From the NCBI GenBank assembly GCA_036172245.1, contig JAYWIR010000002.1, positions 248,001 to 312,000 on the forward strand: a DNA stretch of 64,000 nt. The letters are read 5' to 3'. The notes beneath the pieces are model-generated. The model was not told the origin of the DNA. It did no database searches and saw only the letters and a list, made by a program, of their open reading frames with translations. This document shows positions 1 to 13,260 of the stretch, one piece after another (the stretch's first letter is position 1; every line of letters begins with the position of its first letter). The DNA is from Raillietiella orientalis. Taxonomy: Eukaryota. Position numbers and translations under genes: made by a program.

Positions 1-3000
1 GTCGTGTTTTTTCGTTCTTCGGCTTGCACATCCCGGCAACCCGTTCGCTTGCTCTGGCGAACCGGCAACTTGTAGGGGACTTGAGAGCTTCACGGTCTCC
101 CCCCCCCCCCTCCCTTCGGTGACAATGCGTCCTACACGGGTTTTCCCTGATTTTCCGCTGTTTGCATGGGAGTTTTTTATGTTGAATATGAAAAAAAAGA
201 AAGCTGTTGAACTTCCTCCCCTGAGCAAACACTCTGTATTTGCTCAGGGGAGCTTTCTTTTTAACTGCTGCTAATTGCACGGCATCGAACAGTGAGGTTT
301 CCGCGTGACCATGGTTCTTGAAAGGGTGGGGTCAGCTCGTGTACCTAAGCTCGCGAGTGCGACGCACGCGATCGATGTTGTTCGAGGTGTTTGCAATCGA
401 GGATTCTGCGACAGGGAGCTTCCGTTGCCCGATGGGGGTTTCAGTTTGCATGGAAATGCGCGCATACGTCTGTTTCTGTTCCTTCAGCAAGACCGGGCGA
501 GGTTGCACGACAGTTTCTTTACTGTTCGACCAGTACGTGTGTGTGTGCCGTCGCCCGAGGCAGGCGATTCGAGGAGCGAGGCGCTGCGGTGACGTTTTTT
601 TTGGCTGCTTGTCTTCGGGACGATGCAACTGTCGTGTGTTTCTCTTTGTGATTGCTCCAGTTTGCGCTTGTCCCCTGCTCCCTGAAGATGGAGCCGGGGT
701 CTTTTTTTTTGAATGAGAACAATGCGCGCGCGCAGGGGCATGGTAAGGTGAATGGGCCGCTTGGGGAAGTGGCGAAAGGCATGTTACGTCTTTCGGGGGC
801 TTAACGTGCTGACTTCGCGGAGGGGAAGGCACAATCCACGGGCGATCTGCTGGCCGACAATCGGATTGAAGAGCGGAAGCGGAGCGGTGCTTCGGAGAAT
901 GCGCGCGCCTCGGACATTGCGTGCGAGCCGAATTACGGCATGGGCCAGGGGCGAAAAAGTCACTTTTCTCAGTCGGAATCTTCCACCCTGCGTGCTCCTA
1001 GCGATCGATGACGGGAGCGGAGTACTACTACAAAGAAAGGAAAAAAGTCCTCCACAACGTACGGAGAAGAAAAAATGAGTGGTTCATTTCCGGAGGAAGG
1101 AGTCATGGGACATATCGCGTAAGCCCAGGATGCACGTGTGGAAGGTCTTATGGAGGAGCTACATGGAGAACGGGCAACGAGGCTTTCCAGAGCAGAGAGA
1201 GTGAAAGAGAGAGAGAGAAAATGAAGTTTTGCAATAAACGCAAGTTCTAAAGGCGAATGACTGAAACCAAAAGCTTTTTCCCAGAAGCCAGAGCGCGTTT
1301 AGGGGAAGGCAGACTTGCAGGAAATGGCGAAGGGTGCGAGGGAGAAAAGCCTTAAGCTATGCGTCGATGCCCCTTCGGCAAACGCGCAGCGAACAGGACT
1401 TCGACACCGAGGTTTTCTTCCATCGCTTTCGGAGGATCATGCGCCACGGGGTGGGAACCTAAGCGCGCAAGACGGAGCGCCTAGCGCTTTCGCAGGAGAC
1501 ATAAAGGGGTGTGCAGAAGATGGAAGATGCAAAATGGCAACTCACGCAGCAGCGCGGGTGTTGGACAGGAAGAAGGAACATGGTTTTCTCCCGCTCAGTA
1601 GTTTCTTGCCAACATGCAGATGCTTCTACTCTATCCTGTGGATGGTAGGAGTTTGGTTGCACGAAGACAACGCGCTGAAGGGCAAGTTCAACGAAACTCA
1701 ACCTTTTGTGCACCCACAGGAAGGCTTTTAGGAGGCGTTTATTATGATAGAACTCCCTGACGAGATCATGAAGGTGATATGGATGCAGAGAGAAAGCACT
1801 TCCTCATCGATCTGATTCAGTGATCTTCTGTGGACCAGTAACTTTTAATTCTAATTTCCGAATGATCTCTCACTTGATCGATTCTTGAAGTGAAACAGTA
1901 GAGTGTGCCTCTTGAGTAGCTGCGGCGACTGTCTACTGCACAAGTACAAATGCAAAGGCGCGCACACGGAAGTAGAAGGAGCGCCAAAAGTTGTAAGGCA
2001 CACTTGCGTCGCTTTGGGGTGTGAAGTGTGCGCATGCGTGCGTGTACCCAAGGTGGTGGAGTTGCTGTAAGATCCTGGTGAATCGGTGAAATTGCATGTG
2101 CAAGATGGTATTTACCTATATATGACAGCACGAGAAACGTTTCTTATGTCCCGTTCGTTTCTTTAGAAAACTACTCTATCTACATGCGTTGCTTCACCTC
2201 ATGTGTTGCTCCCAGAGCAGGCGCTCGGTTCCAATAAGACCGAAAGGCCTCATCGGACCTCGATCTGAAAGTTCTAATCAGATATTGGAGAGTTTGCTCT
2301 TCGGAATTTTCCTTTTGAGCACGTGCTGCGAACCTCGCGGGTTGCAGGCAGCTCCTGGCAACACTGCTTTGCTTCTCGTACAATCAGGATTCTTTTGGCG
2401 TTGCTGTGGCATTGTGCTGCGGTTTCTACTCGGTCACGGATACCCCCTATTTCCAATGATCGTTCTCTTCGGGACTGGGTGCTACCGGTTCTTCTAGTGT
2501 GCTCGCGGGTATCACCCCGATACCACCTGTGTGAGAGAATGGATTTCGTCAGATGACTCAGATGATTTTGTATCATCTCATCCCATCTTCGACTTGCTCC
2601 GAGATTTCGGAGCTTCTCTTGCGGACGGTGATCCCCATTCTGCGCTTCCAATACGTGTCCCGTGAGTGTTAAACATTCCAGTGCAACATTCCTTTTCCAA
2701 GATTCCCGCCTGTTCTTTGGAGACTTTCGCATTCCAGCAACTCTTCGTCATTTTGTGGATCGAGACATCATAGGAATCCCACTACAATTGCTCTTTGGCT
2801 CCAGTCATCGTTATTGCTTTCATTTTTTTTGTGTGGCCTCTTCCGACGCCGTTGACGAGCCGTTGGTCAATCATAGGGGTCTTACTATGGCTACCTTTCC
2901 TTCGCCCTAGAGCGCTTTAGCCTCGAATCTGTAATTGGAACCTGGAACGTTCTGGTTGCCCGGCAACCAACTCCCAGTGCTTCTGGGTAGCCTTCGTAGT

Positions 3001-5239
3001 TTAGGGTCACCAGCTCATCACTCTTTTCTGCCATCGTCGCTTGATTGTTGATGCATCTGCTGAGGATGTGGGAAAACGTGAGGTTCTGCATCCCCTACAC
3101 AGTCGATCGGCGCTGTCCTTACAGGCAGAAGGCAGTGCCAGATGCATGAACTGGAGGTGTGCATTCTGCAGAAAGCGCTCCAAAGCTCGATGCTGCCCAT
3201 CGTAGGAGCTGGTTTTCTCTTGACCTGTTAAGATATGTCCATGCTACCTCGCTTCGAATCCTTAAACTCGAGCTGATATGTTTCTCTACATTTGCATCGA
3301 TCGCGGAGCTGCCACATGTTATTTCAGTTACTTCAAATGACCATTTAGGTGGGATTCACTGTATTAAATCTCAAAGATGCACTCTGGTATCATGCAGTGG
3401 GATTCACTACAGCATGATAGAGAAAAGATGTGAATCTGAGATCTACAATGTTATGAAATTCATTTTGGAACATTTTGGCAAAAGAACTGGAAATCAAATG
3501 CATTGCATTCAAATATATTTGTGAGTACATAGAAGAAATAAGAATAAATGAAAAATGTAATCATATTAAGATGTTTATAAAAGAAGAAAATTGAGAACTG
3601 AGTTTAGAATCAAAAGTTCAATCGAAATGATGAGTTTTTGCAATGGCTAATATTTACTTGAACACGTGTAACGTGGTATTCCTGGGTATGGAAGCATGTG
3701 TTTTGAATGTAGTTACATTGCTAGGATGGTGATATATTTTTCATATTGGTATAGAATATCAACCGTTAATAACCGTTTTGTTTAGAGTAATGAAAAAAAT
3801 GCAAACCTCAGCGCAGTTCTGTTTTGGTATCAAGTATCTTTGCAAGGTAGAGCTGGTAGTTTCTCGGAATATTGCCCACGGTTACTTATATTACACTTGC
3901 CTGTGAATTTCGTTACAAGTAGAAAATTACATACTTATTTTAATCCATGTACAGCCGCCAAATGTTTTTAGGATCTCATATTTAAAAGATATCCAGGATA
4001 TATGTTCATACTTTAAAAATTTTGCCATTAAGAATTTTTCGGAGGTGAATTTCAGAACTGTATACTGCGGTTACGAACTGCACTTCTTTTTGTCAACGTG
4101 AAGATGAATTGAAAACATGTTTTCAATCTGAGGGCTGTTTAGACGCTAATGCCTAATTAATTGTCAGCCTACACAATAATGAAATGGATCGTTACATGGG
4201 TAGCCATACCAGGAAGCTAAGCAAGTTTTACTTTTGCTAACGGAAAGCGTTCATTAGCACCATGAAGTGATCAGCTCATGAGAAAAGTTTTCGAATCAGG
4301 TATTCAACATGTAAACAATGGGTTGTGAGTGCAGCTCAGCAGAGTAAGAGATGGAGGTGAGCTGCAAGCATCAGAAACTGGCAAAGCTTCTAGAAATGTT
4401 ATAGATCAAACAGTATCTTTCAGTTTGTGTTTCGTGTCTCAACACAAGGTGTTTATTCTAGAATTTTTCCCTTGCCAAGACAATCGTATTTTGAATACAG
4501 TGATAGAAAGAATGCCTATACAGAAGTCTGCATTACCTTACTACAGAATGGTTGGAATATCCTAGTACTTTACTAAAAGTATGATAAGAACGGTGTTTTC
4601 CCCTTCAGATCCGTATTTATTTTTATTTGCCAATACATTGTGAAAATAGGAGAATAGGAGAAAATAGGAGAATTGTGAAAATAGAAAATGAAAATAGAAA
4701 TCTATATGAAAAGAAATCTGTATGATGAAAACAATTTCCATCTTGGAAGAGTGACAGTAGCACTGCATGATGATAAGTGAACAAGACTTTAAAAGTGACC
4801 GTATTTTTATGAGTCATCCTTGATTTTTTTATTTTCTTGATTGATTTCCTTTCACGTACTTTGATTAAATTTTGTGTTCAAGCTTTGATAATAGGTATTT
4901 AAAATCATATTCCAAGCAACTGTTATTAAAGATTCTAATGTGATTATGTAATAATAATTGTGTAGTAATAAGTTAGTGTAATAAGTAGTGTCATTTCATC
5001 TGTCATTTCACTCATAAATGACCTTGCATCTTCCACAGAGAGCTACTACTGCATACTAAATATTTCTGTTTCTCATTGTAGAACAATGCTTCAAATTTCT
5101 TGTTTAATGTGTAATGGGGATAGTATTTCAGTTCTGTTGCCACTCATATTGTTATTGGCACTCATGTTTGGGGAAATTCAGAATTTCTTATTCAGAATAG
5201 ATGGTTATATTCAGAGTTATATTCAGAATAGATGGAAGT

Positions 5240-5366
5240 GGGATGAACACTTGCCTTGGTGTTCTTCAGAAGGAAGGAGAGCCATGCTTACGGAGGATAT
5301 GTTGCTGTTTTGTGTATGTATTTTTTCGTATGTAAGGAATGTAGACGGGGGCATCAGAGTAGAAAT
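5240..5366. repeat. 127-bp dispersed direct repeat, copy 1 (copy 2 at 7904-8030)
   Basis: gggatgaacacttgccttggtgttcttcagaaggaaggagagcc...gggggcatcagagtagaaat aligns without gaps to 7904-8030 with about 4 substitutions. Confidence 0.9.
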
Positions 5367-5994
5367 TCACGAATTTCAAGCACAAAATTACGTAGCATTG
5401 TTTATTCTACATTAAATGCTGCTATGATTCAGGAAGATGTAGGAGGGCTGTTAATACATAATTATGAAGGAGATTTTCTACTACATGCAAATTTTTTGGT
5501 ATTTTGTTTGTATGAGTTTCTTGCATTGATATATGCTGAAATAAGAAATTCAACCAAAGGTTGGGAATTTTTAGAGTTCTCATATTGTTAGAGGGTCTAT
5601 TTACTGGTATGAGGAACAGTGTTTCACAAACTAACAATTACATTCCAAGAATGTGTGCATGTCAAGTTCTCATTATGGTGCCTGATACAGTTTCTGATTA
5701 GTCTTGTTTTGATTAGTTTCTGATTGATCATATTCAGATTCGTGGATTGTGGTTCATGGTTTTCTTATTTGGGATAATTTTTTATAGAGAAGTTTTGCAG
5801 ATAAACAATTCAGAAAGAAAAAAAAAATTGTGATTGAGTAGTGATCCCCAAGCTTTCAGAACTTTTACACCCCTTTTAGGAAAAAACAATTTTGAATGGA
5901 AAAAACAAAAACTTGTAAATGATGAGTTTGTTTTCTGTAATTTTGTAATTCATTTTCTTTCAGATGTAACAGACTACTTTAGTCTACATAAATC

Positions 5995-7359
5995 ATGTAT
6001 GTGATAAGGTGTAATGTAGATATAAAATAGATATGGGTGTGTATACATATTTATGAGTGAAAGCAAAAGCAAAATACCTGCTTGAGTCCGTCTTAAATGA
6101 TCAATAGAAGATCTATATTTAATTTTCACAGCTATAAACTTATACAAAGATTGTGTCATGCCACACTGCCACCATCATCATCATCAGGTAAATTATTATA
6201 TTGCAATATGCATTCCAATGAGCATTTTTTTGAATTATGATACAGTTGATCCTGGTCCAATATTTGTTTCTGACAGTGTACAAAAAATTCTTCTTTCTCT
6301 TAATGATGATGATGTCTTGAAAGTGCACTTGCCATATAAAACTGGGGAGCTGCCTCATATCAAGCATGTATTCATGACCAAGGAATTGTTTGAGAAGGTA
6401 TTGGCATCTTTAACCAGCTAAATTGTATTACTGTTGTGCATATAGCATCAACAAAAATGCCAGGAAGATATCAGAAAATATTTGCAAATGCCTCCTTATT
6501 TGCTACCACGTCAGGAGATCCATCAAGAATTTGAATATGATCCAAAAGTCCAAGGTCATGATGAATCTAAATTCTCATTCATTGATCTTTCTGCCAAAGT
6601 GTCCCCTAGAGTAAGAGCATTCATAGTTTTGTATTATTCACCATAAAAAATTAGAAACGCATAATAGTGGTTCGGGAACCCACAGGTGAATTGAGGAGTG
6701 CATATTGGGCCGAACGAGAGCGTCTATTACAAGTGTACTTTCCAAGACCTGGAGTGCTTCATCGCCTGCCTATGATGCTGCAGGAACCTCAACTGAGTGT
6801 AAATACGATTTCTAAGTATCTAGCTTAACTAAGCACTTCGTTTCCTATAGTCTCTCCTGGAAAAACACCTTTATACATTTGTTTTGGATCGAGCATGTTT
6901 GCAGCTCGAACCTGATGACCCCATCTTTGTAGATCTGATTGATCGAGTGTATTCAGACATAGACCAGAAAGATAAGCACAGCATGCTCTTGTCAAGTAGA
7001 TATTATGGACACATGATATTCCATCTCACTTGGAAAAGGAGTTTGGATAGTTTGCTTGCTTCCTACCTTCGCCACAGCACCATGGAACGAGCAGCCTTAC
7101 TTGTGCAGCTGAGTTACTTAGTGCATCCAGAAGATAGCCCAGTCTTGCAGGAAATAGACCATCCAGAATGGATCAAAGTATGTCATCCATTTTATGTCAA
7201 AGATTTCTGCAAATAGCTTCTATTCTTTAGCATTATATTCAACATAGGTCCAGTTCGAAAAAAGAAAAGTTATTGCATCTTCTTGAGGATTTACAAGCAA
7301 AATTGGACGAGAAAAAGAAATATGAAGCTTCTAGAATTGGCATCCATGGTCTGAGATGA
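5995..7359 (+). CDS. MRPS22: Mitochondrial small ribosomal subunit protein mS22, ~328 aa; join(5995..6008,6132..6187,6246..6397,6446..6610,6655..6798,6851..7177,7231..7359)
   Basis: The spliced translation has MRPS22 motifs in order: LQMPPYLLPR, FSFIDLS, RIIVVREPTGELRSAYWAERERLLQVYFP, VLDRACLQLEPDDP, LLSSRYYGHMIF, LLVQLSYLVHPE. All six introns are GT-AG (123, 58, 48, 44, 52, 53 nt) with consistent phases. The first exon and start (MYVISYKLIQRLCH..., presequence-like) are less certain. Confidence 0.93.
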
Positions 7360-7422
7360 AAGTGGTTGCAAGGTCGGGCGCAATTAATTATTGGACTATT
7401 TATAATATATGGAGACCTAGTG

Positions 7423-7428
7423 AATAAA
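7423..7428 (+). promoter_or_regulatory. Polyadenylation signal of MRPS22
   Basis: AATAAA about 64 nt after the TGA stop at 7357-7359. Confidence 0.6.
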
Positions 7429-7903
7429 GAGAATTTTTCAAGCATTTCAAAAAATCACTAGGAAGAAAATTCTGTCTGCATAAAATCTTGTGTTTCGTGT
7501 TTCCAGACCCTGCAATTTTAATGTTTTCGCACGTAGTTTTCGTACCCAGCTTGTTTTCGTGCGCATTATTTCTAATACACTTTAAATTCCTTCAGGAAAG
7601 ACGACTTTTAAAATGTTGGCTGAGTGGTTGTTTACAGTTAGATGTTTGCCCGCTTCGGAAAAGTTTCGGTTCGAGTGCTCACGTTTTTGTCAAAAAAGTT
7701 TTCTGCAGACTGGAGAACTTTGCTTTGCTCTCTGTGAACTCTTCTTGGACGCTGAAGAGCATTTGCATTTAGCGTTTTTATTGATACAGTGTCAATGCAC
7801 GGTGGTGTTAGAATGTTTGCTGCAGTTATAGAGTGTTCAAACTAGACTGTGATTTCAACAGTGCCGTTGGTCTCGTGTGATCACTGGCTACGCGTTCCGG
7901 TTT

Positions 7904-8030
7904 GGGATGACCACTTGCCCTGGTGTTCTTCAGAAGGAAGGAGAGCCAAGCTTACAGAGGATATGTTGCTGTTTTGTGTATGTATTTTTTCGTATGTAAG
8001 GAATGTAGACGGGGGCATCAGAGTAGAAAT
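7904..8030. repeat. 127-bp dispersed direct repeat, copy 2
   Basis: Near-identical to 5240-5366 and in the same orientation. Confidence 0.9.
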
Positions 8031-8449
8031 ATTTTTGCCGTCATATGCGCAAGATGAGCACGTTTATTTTGCGCATCGATATTCCCACTTTCGATCCACT
8101 TTAAATATTTCATCAAGAAGCAGAAAACCGAGTTCTTACGTGGTGACCTGTATGGTCACTACTATATGGTGAAACTACTCTCGTGGTAATCTTCGGAAAT
8201 AATTAACAATGGAAAATTTAGAGAAAATACAAATGAAAAAAGATTTGTTTCCTTATGCATCCTGAAAACCGTTCAAAGAACAGAGCTAGCAGTCAATATC
8301 GATATCAAAAAATAAAACTCAAGTCATAACTGCCGGAAGCTGTTGGCTGGTCATCAGTTTTAGTATTGAATTTCATTTCGTATCCAATTTCATCAAGTGC
8401 AATTCTGTTGCTTTCGTTATTGCACAGAACTGGAAGAGTTCGGGCAGTA

Positions 8450-9280
8450 CGTTTCCTGCGTCTCCAGAAAAAAAAATGCAACCCTTGTTTTGTGTCCCCT
8501 TGTTGATTCCTTCTCGTGAAAGCCCGGCAAGCTCAATACGTATTATTTCGGCCCATCTCACGTTTTGAAAACTGATACACGCGTGTTCCCCAGCCGTAGA
8601 AAGGAGAAGAAATCATTGCAGGATAGTTTTCCGCGGAGTGTATCCCATTGGTAATTCTCTCGCCAGTGAATGTAAAGACCAGCGAGCGTGGTAGGAGGTG
8701 GTGGTGGTGTGTCACATCAAGGAATAAGAAGACGTCGGAAATATCCTTCATTGCAGCGTGCCTTTGGAAGGCCAAGATTACGGTCATGTGGTTTCCGGAG
8801 GAAGCAACAAAACGAGCTCACGAAATCGAAGCGTTTTGAAATCTTCCCCTATTTTCGGACTGCTGGCGAAGGAAGTGGGAAAACTTCATGGCTTGCAGTG
8901 CCGACGGCTTCCAGGAGTCTGCGATACCGTTGAAGGTGCGCGAACGTTTCCTCAAGGGATCTGAAAACGTAAGGATAAAATTTATGCTGGATGCCATTCT
9001 CAGGATGCAGCTTAATAAATAATCTAAATGCTCACGCAGCCCGACGACACAGAAGCAGCAACGGTGCTTGCAATTTGGCATAAGTGAAATTGGCTTCCAC
9101 ATTCATGGATTACTTTGAGACAAGGCAGAAATATGCATGTGTGAAAAGTGGAGGAAAGCCTTTTAAGAAAAGACATCGATAACACAGTGACACGAGGCTC
9201 GTTTACTCCCGAATGTCTCTACAGAAGACTCTTCAACTTATTCATTCAGGAATAATGGAGGGAAGCAGAGTACACAGAAT
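8450..9280 (+). mobile_element. Possible highly degraded P-element/THAP9-like DDE transposase relic
   Basis: Frameshifted motif-like pieces occur in the expected order: CV..LVD..VKA..Y (~8490), VVG..VSHQG (~8690-8722) and FTPECL..LFNL.RNNGG (~9200-9262). These resemble the P-family FDEM / VSDQG / FxQDxLExxFxxIRxxGG catalytic motifs. There are many stops and no TIRs were seen. Confidence 0.35.
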
Positions 9281-9489
9281 GCGATGAGAGTTGGACCTTT
9301 ATCGTACGGTATCGTGCAATGTCATCGCAATCTCATAAGAGATGTGCTTGCAGCTTTGGTATGGAGCGTTATTGCGAAAATTCACTCGGGAGGAGTTCCC
9401 CAGAGAGTGGGTTCACAGGGAGTCGGATGATCTTTCATGGGAGCTCTTGAGAAAAAAATCTGTGCAACTCTACGAAAATAGCGCACAAG

Positions 9490-9513
9490 TTTTTTTTTTT
9501 TTTTTTTTTTTTT
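9490..9513. repeat. Poly-T tract (T24) followed by further T runs
   Basis: Read directly from the sequence. Confidence 0.9.
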
Positions 9514-12500
9514 AGTAATGTTTTTTTAGTATTTTTTTTTTGTGTCCACTTTCAAGGTACTCCAGCTGTTGCTCATAGTAAGCGATACCCCAAAATCCGT
9601 TCGTTGTAATCTCTATTCACCTTCCTAGAATGACAGTAGATGTCGCTGTTATCACTCCAAAGAAATAACTGTCCTTATGCACACACTGCACTTATAATCA
9701 ACATGCACTCAGCTCTCTTTCCAGCTCTTTACACACACACACACGCACTAAAAAGTCTTTTCTGGTTTCCATGGTACGAGGCTTGTATGCTTGTTAAAGA
9801 AACGATGCGACTTCTCGTGCTTATGAAGCGATGGGTCGGAAACATCCGTTTCAAACGAGTGGAGCTTTAAATGGGCGAGACTTTTGGCTGGCAGCCACAA
9901 TGGGAAGACACAAAGGCAAGGGATCGAAAGCCATTCTGTGTCAGTCAGTTTGCTGGTCCTAGTTTCGAGGGTCACCCGTATCGCGTCACTTCATTGTGCC
10001 ACAGTCGGGATGGCCACGAAGTGTTGGTCAGCTACACTCTGAGTAAGGAAGTTGAGCAGACTTCGGGCAGTTGGATGTACATTTGCGTCTGGGATGGTAT
10101 TCGGTGGTTTCCACATTTCCTCCTCGTGTTTAGAGTATCGAATATTCATGGCGGGTTCTAAAATGTTCTATGACGACTTTTCGCCTCCTCTTTTTTTTCC
10201 TTCTCTTTTCTGTGCGTTTTCACCACCATCTTTTGAGTCTCAGCAAGAATTCTTGCTATGCTCCATCGGAATCATACGTCGGACTTTCCCATAATTCCCT
10301 CCGAGCTGTGGAACGCGTAGCAAAACGCTCGCAGATTCTACGTACACTTGTACATATACTCATTGTAGTATACTCCGGTCTCCGTCAGTGTGCAGAGTGC
10401 AGTGTTTCATCAGTGTGGCTTCACAATTCCGGTTCAAGTCGGATTTGGCTTGACCTGTAGCTTTAAGAATTTTCATCTTCAGCTTTGAGAAGTTCTCCAT
10501 GGAGATTTTAGCTACGGTCGTTCTTGTGTCGATATTATTTTTGCCTCGTCGTATGATTGGAAGTTTTAATTTTCCAAGTTATTCCATACAGAAATACAGT
10601 CGTCACGCGAATACAAAAAAAACCAAAAAAAAAAAAAAAAAGAGGGAATGCTCCCAAGAGCTTTAAAGTATACCTATGCACATGTGGACCGCTTTACGCT
10701 GAGGAGCACTTGCGTATTTGGATCCGTGCACTTTATTTATTTATTTTTTTACGACACTAAAATTGCCACTTTTCCGTTTTGCTTTTCGTCTTCACTGGAT
10801 GTCAGCCACAAAGCGTGTGACTGGCATCCCTGTCCTCTGCTCGTTCGAAACGGACGATCATATTTTACTTTCATTTTCCATCCCGTCGTCTTTGAATTCC
10901 TTCCACGTCGTTTGGAGGACCTTGCAAGCTGCTTCCGAGTACACCAACATCCATCAAGATGTTGTGGAGATTGCAGCCGCTGTTTTTACAGGGGGTCACT
11001 TTGCATCCAATGCTGCTACAACAACCACTTTTCCGAAGCGAAAGTTGCTCGCTACGAAGAAGGAGGAGGAGGAGGAGGAAGGACCCTATTCACCGTGAAT
11101 GGCATTCCGGTTTTCCAACTGCACTTCGGCTTGCAGGAGCTCCCATCTCAGACGCTCGACTGCAAGGCGTCGGAAAAGATGCAGCACCAGAAGAATGATC
11201 CGCGTCCCATGCGTAATGTCTCTCGCTCGGTTGACCAAAGAGAATGGGCGAGCGCATTTCATTCCTGTTCCCGGTCTTTCTAAGCAATCTCTCTCCATAA
11301 TTTAGTAAGCAAGAAAAGCGAAGGGAGCACGGAAAGCGAACCCGGGTGATCACGTGCGTCTGCTCTTTTGTGCCGTGAGCCCATGCAACGACCAGGAAAA
11401 TCGCTCTTGCGCGCTTTCTTAAGATCCCATTGTGCATTCAGGGTCATCCGATACTGTCAACGCGGCTTGGATTAGAAAGTGGTGCATCGCTTTTTGTGGC
11501 CCGCCCTGCAGGTGGAACACACGAGATCGATGAATGGGCGCAGCGTGGCATCCAGGCGGGTTGCGCGCAACGGGAACACTCCGCCGCCCGACCCGCTGCG
11601 AACGCGTCCTGCCATTTGCGGGGCACGAAAACAAGGAGGGTGTCGTGGGCCCGGACTTTCGTCCCTCGGGGAGAGGGGAGGGAGACACACACACACACAC
11701 GCCGCCACCAAGTGTTGTAGCGCGTGTGGCGCTCTGCCCCTTTTCCTCCCAGAGCCGAGAAAAATTCCAGCTTTTAGCCCTTCCCCGGGATGCCGCTTTT
11801 CCCTGCAGCTCCGTGCGCGGTTGGCTTCGCACGGAGGCGCGCGCGCTCCCGGAAGGCTGTTTCGGTACGTCAATCGCGATTCCCGAAAATCCTCTTTCCC
11901 GGAGCGCGAACCCACTCGTGTGTGAGGAGGAGAAGAGGGACGGCGAGTCGTGCGCGAAATGTCCCGAGGGGAAACGCCCTCTGGACAGTTTCTCCCTTTC
12001 CCGGTAAGCTTCCAAGAAGAAGAAGCCCTCGAGATCTCGCGAATGTCGAGTCCGGCCGCGCGTCCCCTACAGTCCCTCTGGTCGTTAAGGAGACCCCGCC
12101 TGACTCGCCTGCAAGTTGGGAGCCGGTCCTCCGGTTATTGGCTTCCAGAAGGCGGGGTGGCGGATCCTCCGGACCCCATTGTTTTTGTTTCTTTGTCTGC
12201 CTGTTTTTTTTTTTTTTTTCTCCTTCCTTTTAATCGAAACCTCCCTTGAAGACGGGGAAGCCAAAGAGAGCTAGGAGGGCTGGGATAGCCAGTTCGCCGA
12301 GGAGGGGATACGAGAAGATTATGGCCCAAGGGCTTTGGAGTTCAGTCTGCAATCTGGGAAAGGTTTTGTGGAGGTTGAGAGGACGATTTTTTCATTCAAG
12401 TCACGGCGGTTGTCCTTCGAATGGCCGGAAGGGGCGACCGTAAACCTGGTCTTCCGATCCAGATGATGCGGGGAAGTCCAGAACATTCCCGGTTCCTTCC

Positions 12501-12596
12501 TCGGATCCGTGAGCGGCTCCAGAACTTTCCGGACAAACGGGGAAAAAAAATTTCTTACCCCTTCCTCCCCCCCTTTTTTCTTCTTTTTTCGCATCT

Positions 12597-12986
12597 TTAG
12601 AAAATGGAAGTTTGGTCCTTGCGTCTGCGGAGGCGAAGGCGGTTCTTGTAGTCCTTCACGAACTGGACAATCCTCCCCCTGTTTTCTCGGACCTTCCCGG
12701 AAGAAAGCGGACGGTATCCCAGGTTGAAGCACTTGATGATAGTGCCGAGAGCGGCGACCACGATGCCCAGGACGAGGAACTGCAGCGTGCCACAGCGCCA
12801 TTCCCGGAAGATGTCTTCTCCATAGGAATTACCGCCCGTGGCCGTCCGGTTTTTGTACAGCACCAGCGAAGCCACGCTGAAGAGGAGGTACGAGGCGGCC
12901 ACGATGAGGCAGAGGACCCGCCAGCCTAGGAGGGTATCGAACTCTTCTTTGCCGTCCACCATCGCCTTGCTGTCAGCTGAAGACAT
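12597..12986 (-). CDS. Uncharacterised small membrane protein, 129 aa, two predicted TM helices and a basic C-terminal tail
   Basis: Intronless ORF MSSADSKAMVDGKEEFDTLLGWRVLCLIVAASYLLFSVASLVLYKN...EWRCGTLQFLVLGIVVAALGTIIKCFNLGYRPL...DQTSIF*. It has two ~20-aa hydrophobic stretches, GC3-rich codons and protein-like composition, unlike the neighbouring spurious ORFs. No family recognised. Confidence 0.65.
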   Translation of the reverse strand: MSSADSKAMVDGKEEFDTLLGWRVLCLIVAASYLLFSVASLVLYKNRTATGGNSYGEDIFREWRCGTLQFLVLGIVVAALGTIIKCFNLGYRPLSSGKVRENRGRIVQFVKDYKNRLRLRRRKDQTSIF

Positions 12987-13122
12987 GGAAGGTTTTTTTT
13001 TTTTCCTCTGTTTTTCCCATCCCCCCTTCTCGAAAGCCTTGAGACTAAAGTGAAAACTTCTGAGTCCGGTTGCCTTGGAGACGATCTCCTGGTTCAGTGA
13101 GGCGGCAAGCGAGCGTCGAGAA

Positions 13123-13167
13123 TGTGTGTGTGTGTGTGTGTGAAAGAGAGAGAGAGGGGGGGGGGGG
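13123..13167. repeat. Compound microsatellite (TG)n-(GA)n-Gn
   Basis: Read directly from the sequence. Confidence 0.85.
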
Positions 13168-13248
13168 AGGGAACATGGAAACGCTGCTTCTGCTCGTGCG
13201 TTCTCTCGATTGCGTCGCGTCCTCACGGATGCTCTCTGGCGCGTTCTG

Positions 13249-13260
13249 ATCGCGTGCCAT
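13249..13260 (-). promoter_or_regulatory. Class C Hairy/E(spl) binding-site match TGGCACGCGA
   Basis: The reverse complement of atcgcgtgccat matches the GGCACGCG site bound by HES repressors. An N-box (CACGAG, minus strand) lies nearby at 13193-13198. Confidence 0.4.

Noticed and set aside
713-750. MRTMRARRGM|gtaagg as the first exon of MRPS22
   Set aside because: Its phase 0 donor does not fit the downstream exons; ATG 5995 gives a consistent model.
1300-3200. Possible LTR retrotransposon gag/pol relic
   Set aside because: Only a vague YVP..RKLL..H resemblance near 2145-2200; no LTRs or catalytic motifs.
3600-4830. C/D box snoRNAs (several RTGATGA motifs upstream of MRPS22)
   Set aside because: No matching D boxes or terminal stems at suitable spacing; the motif is common in AT-rich DNA.
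11148-11260. GRGSFFWCC on the minus strand as a Bearded-family G motif
   Set aside because: Short frame bounded by stops; no VPVHF, NxxN or DRW motifs.
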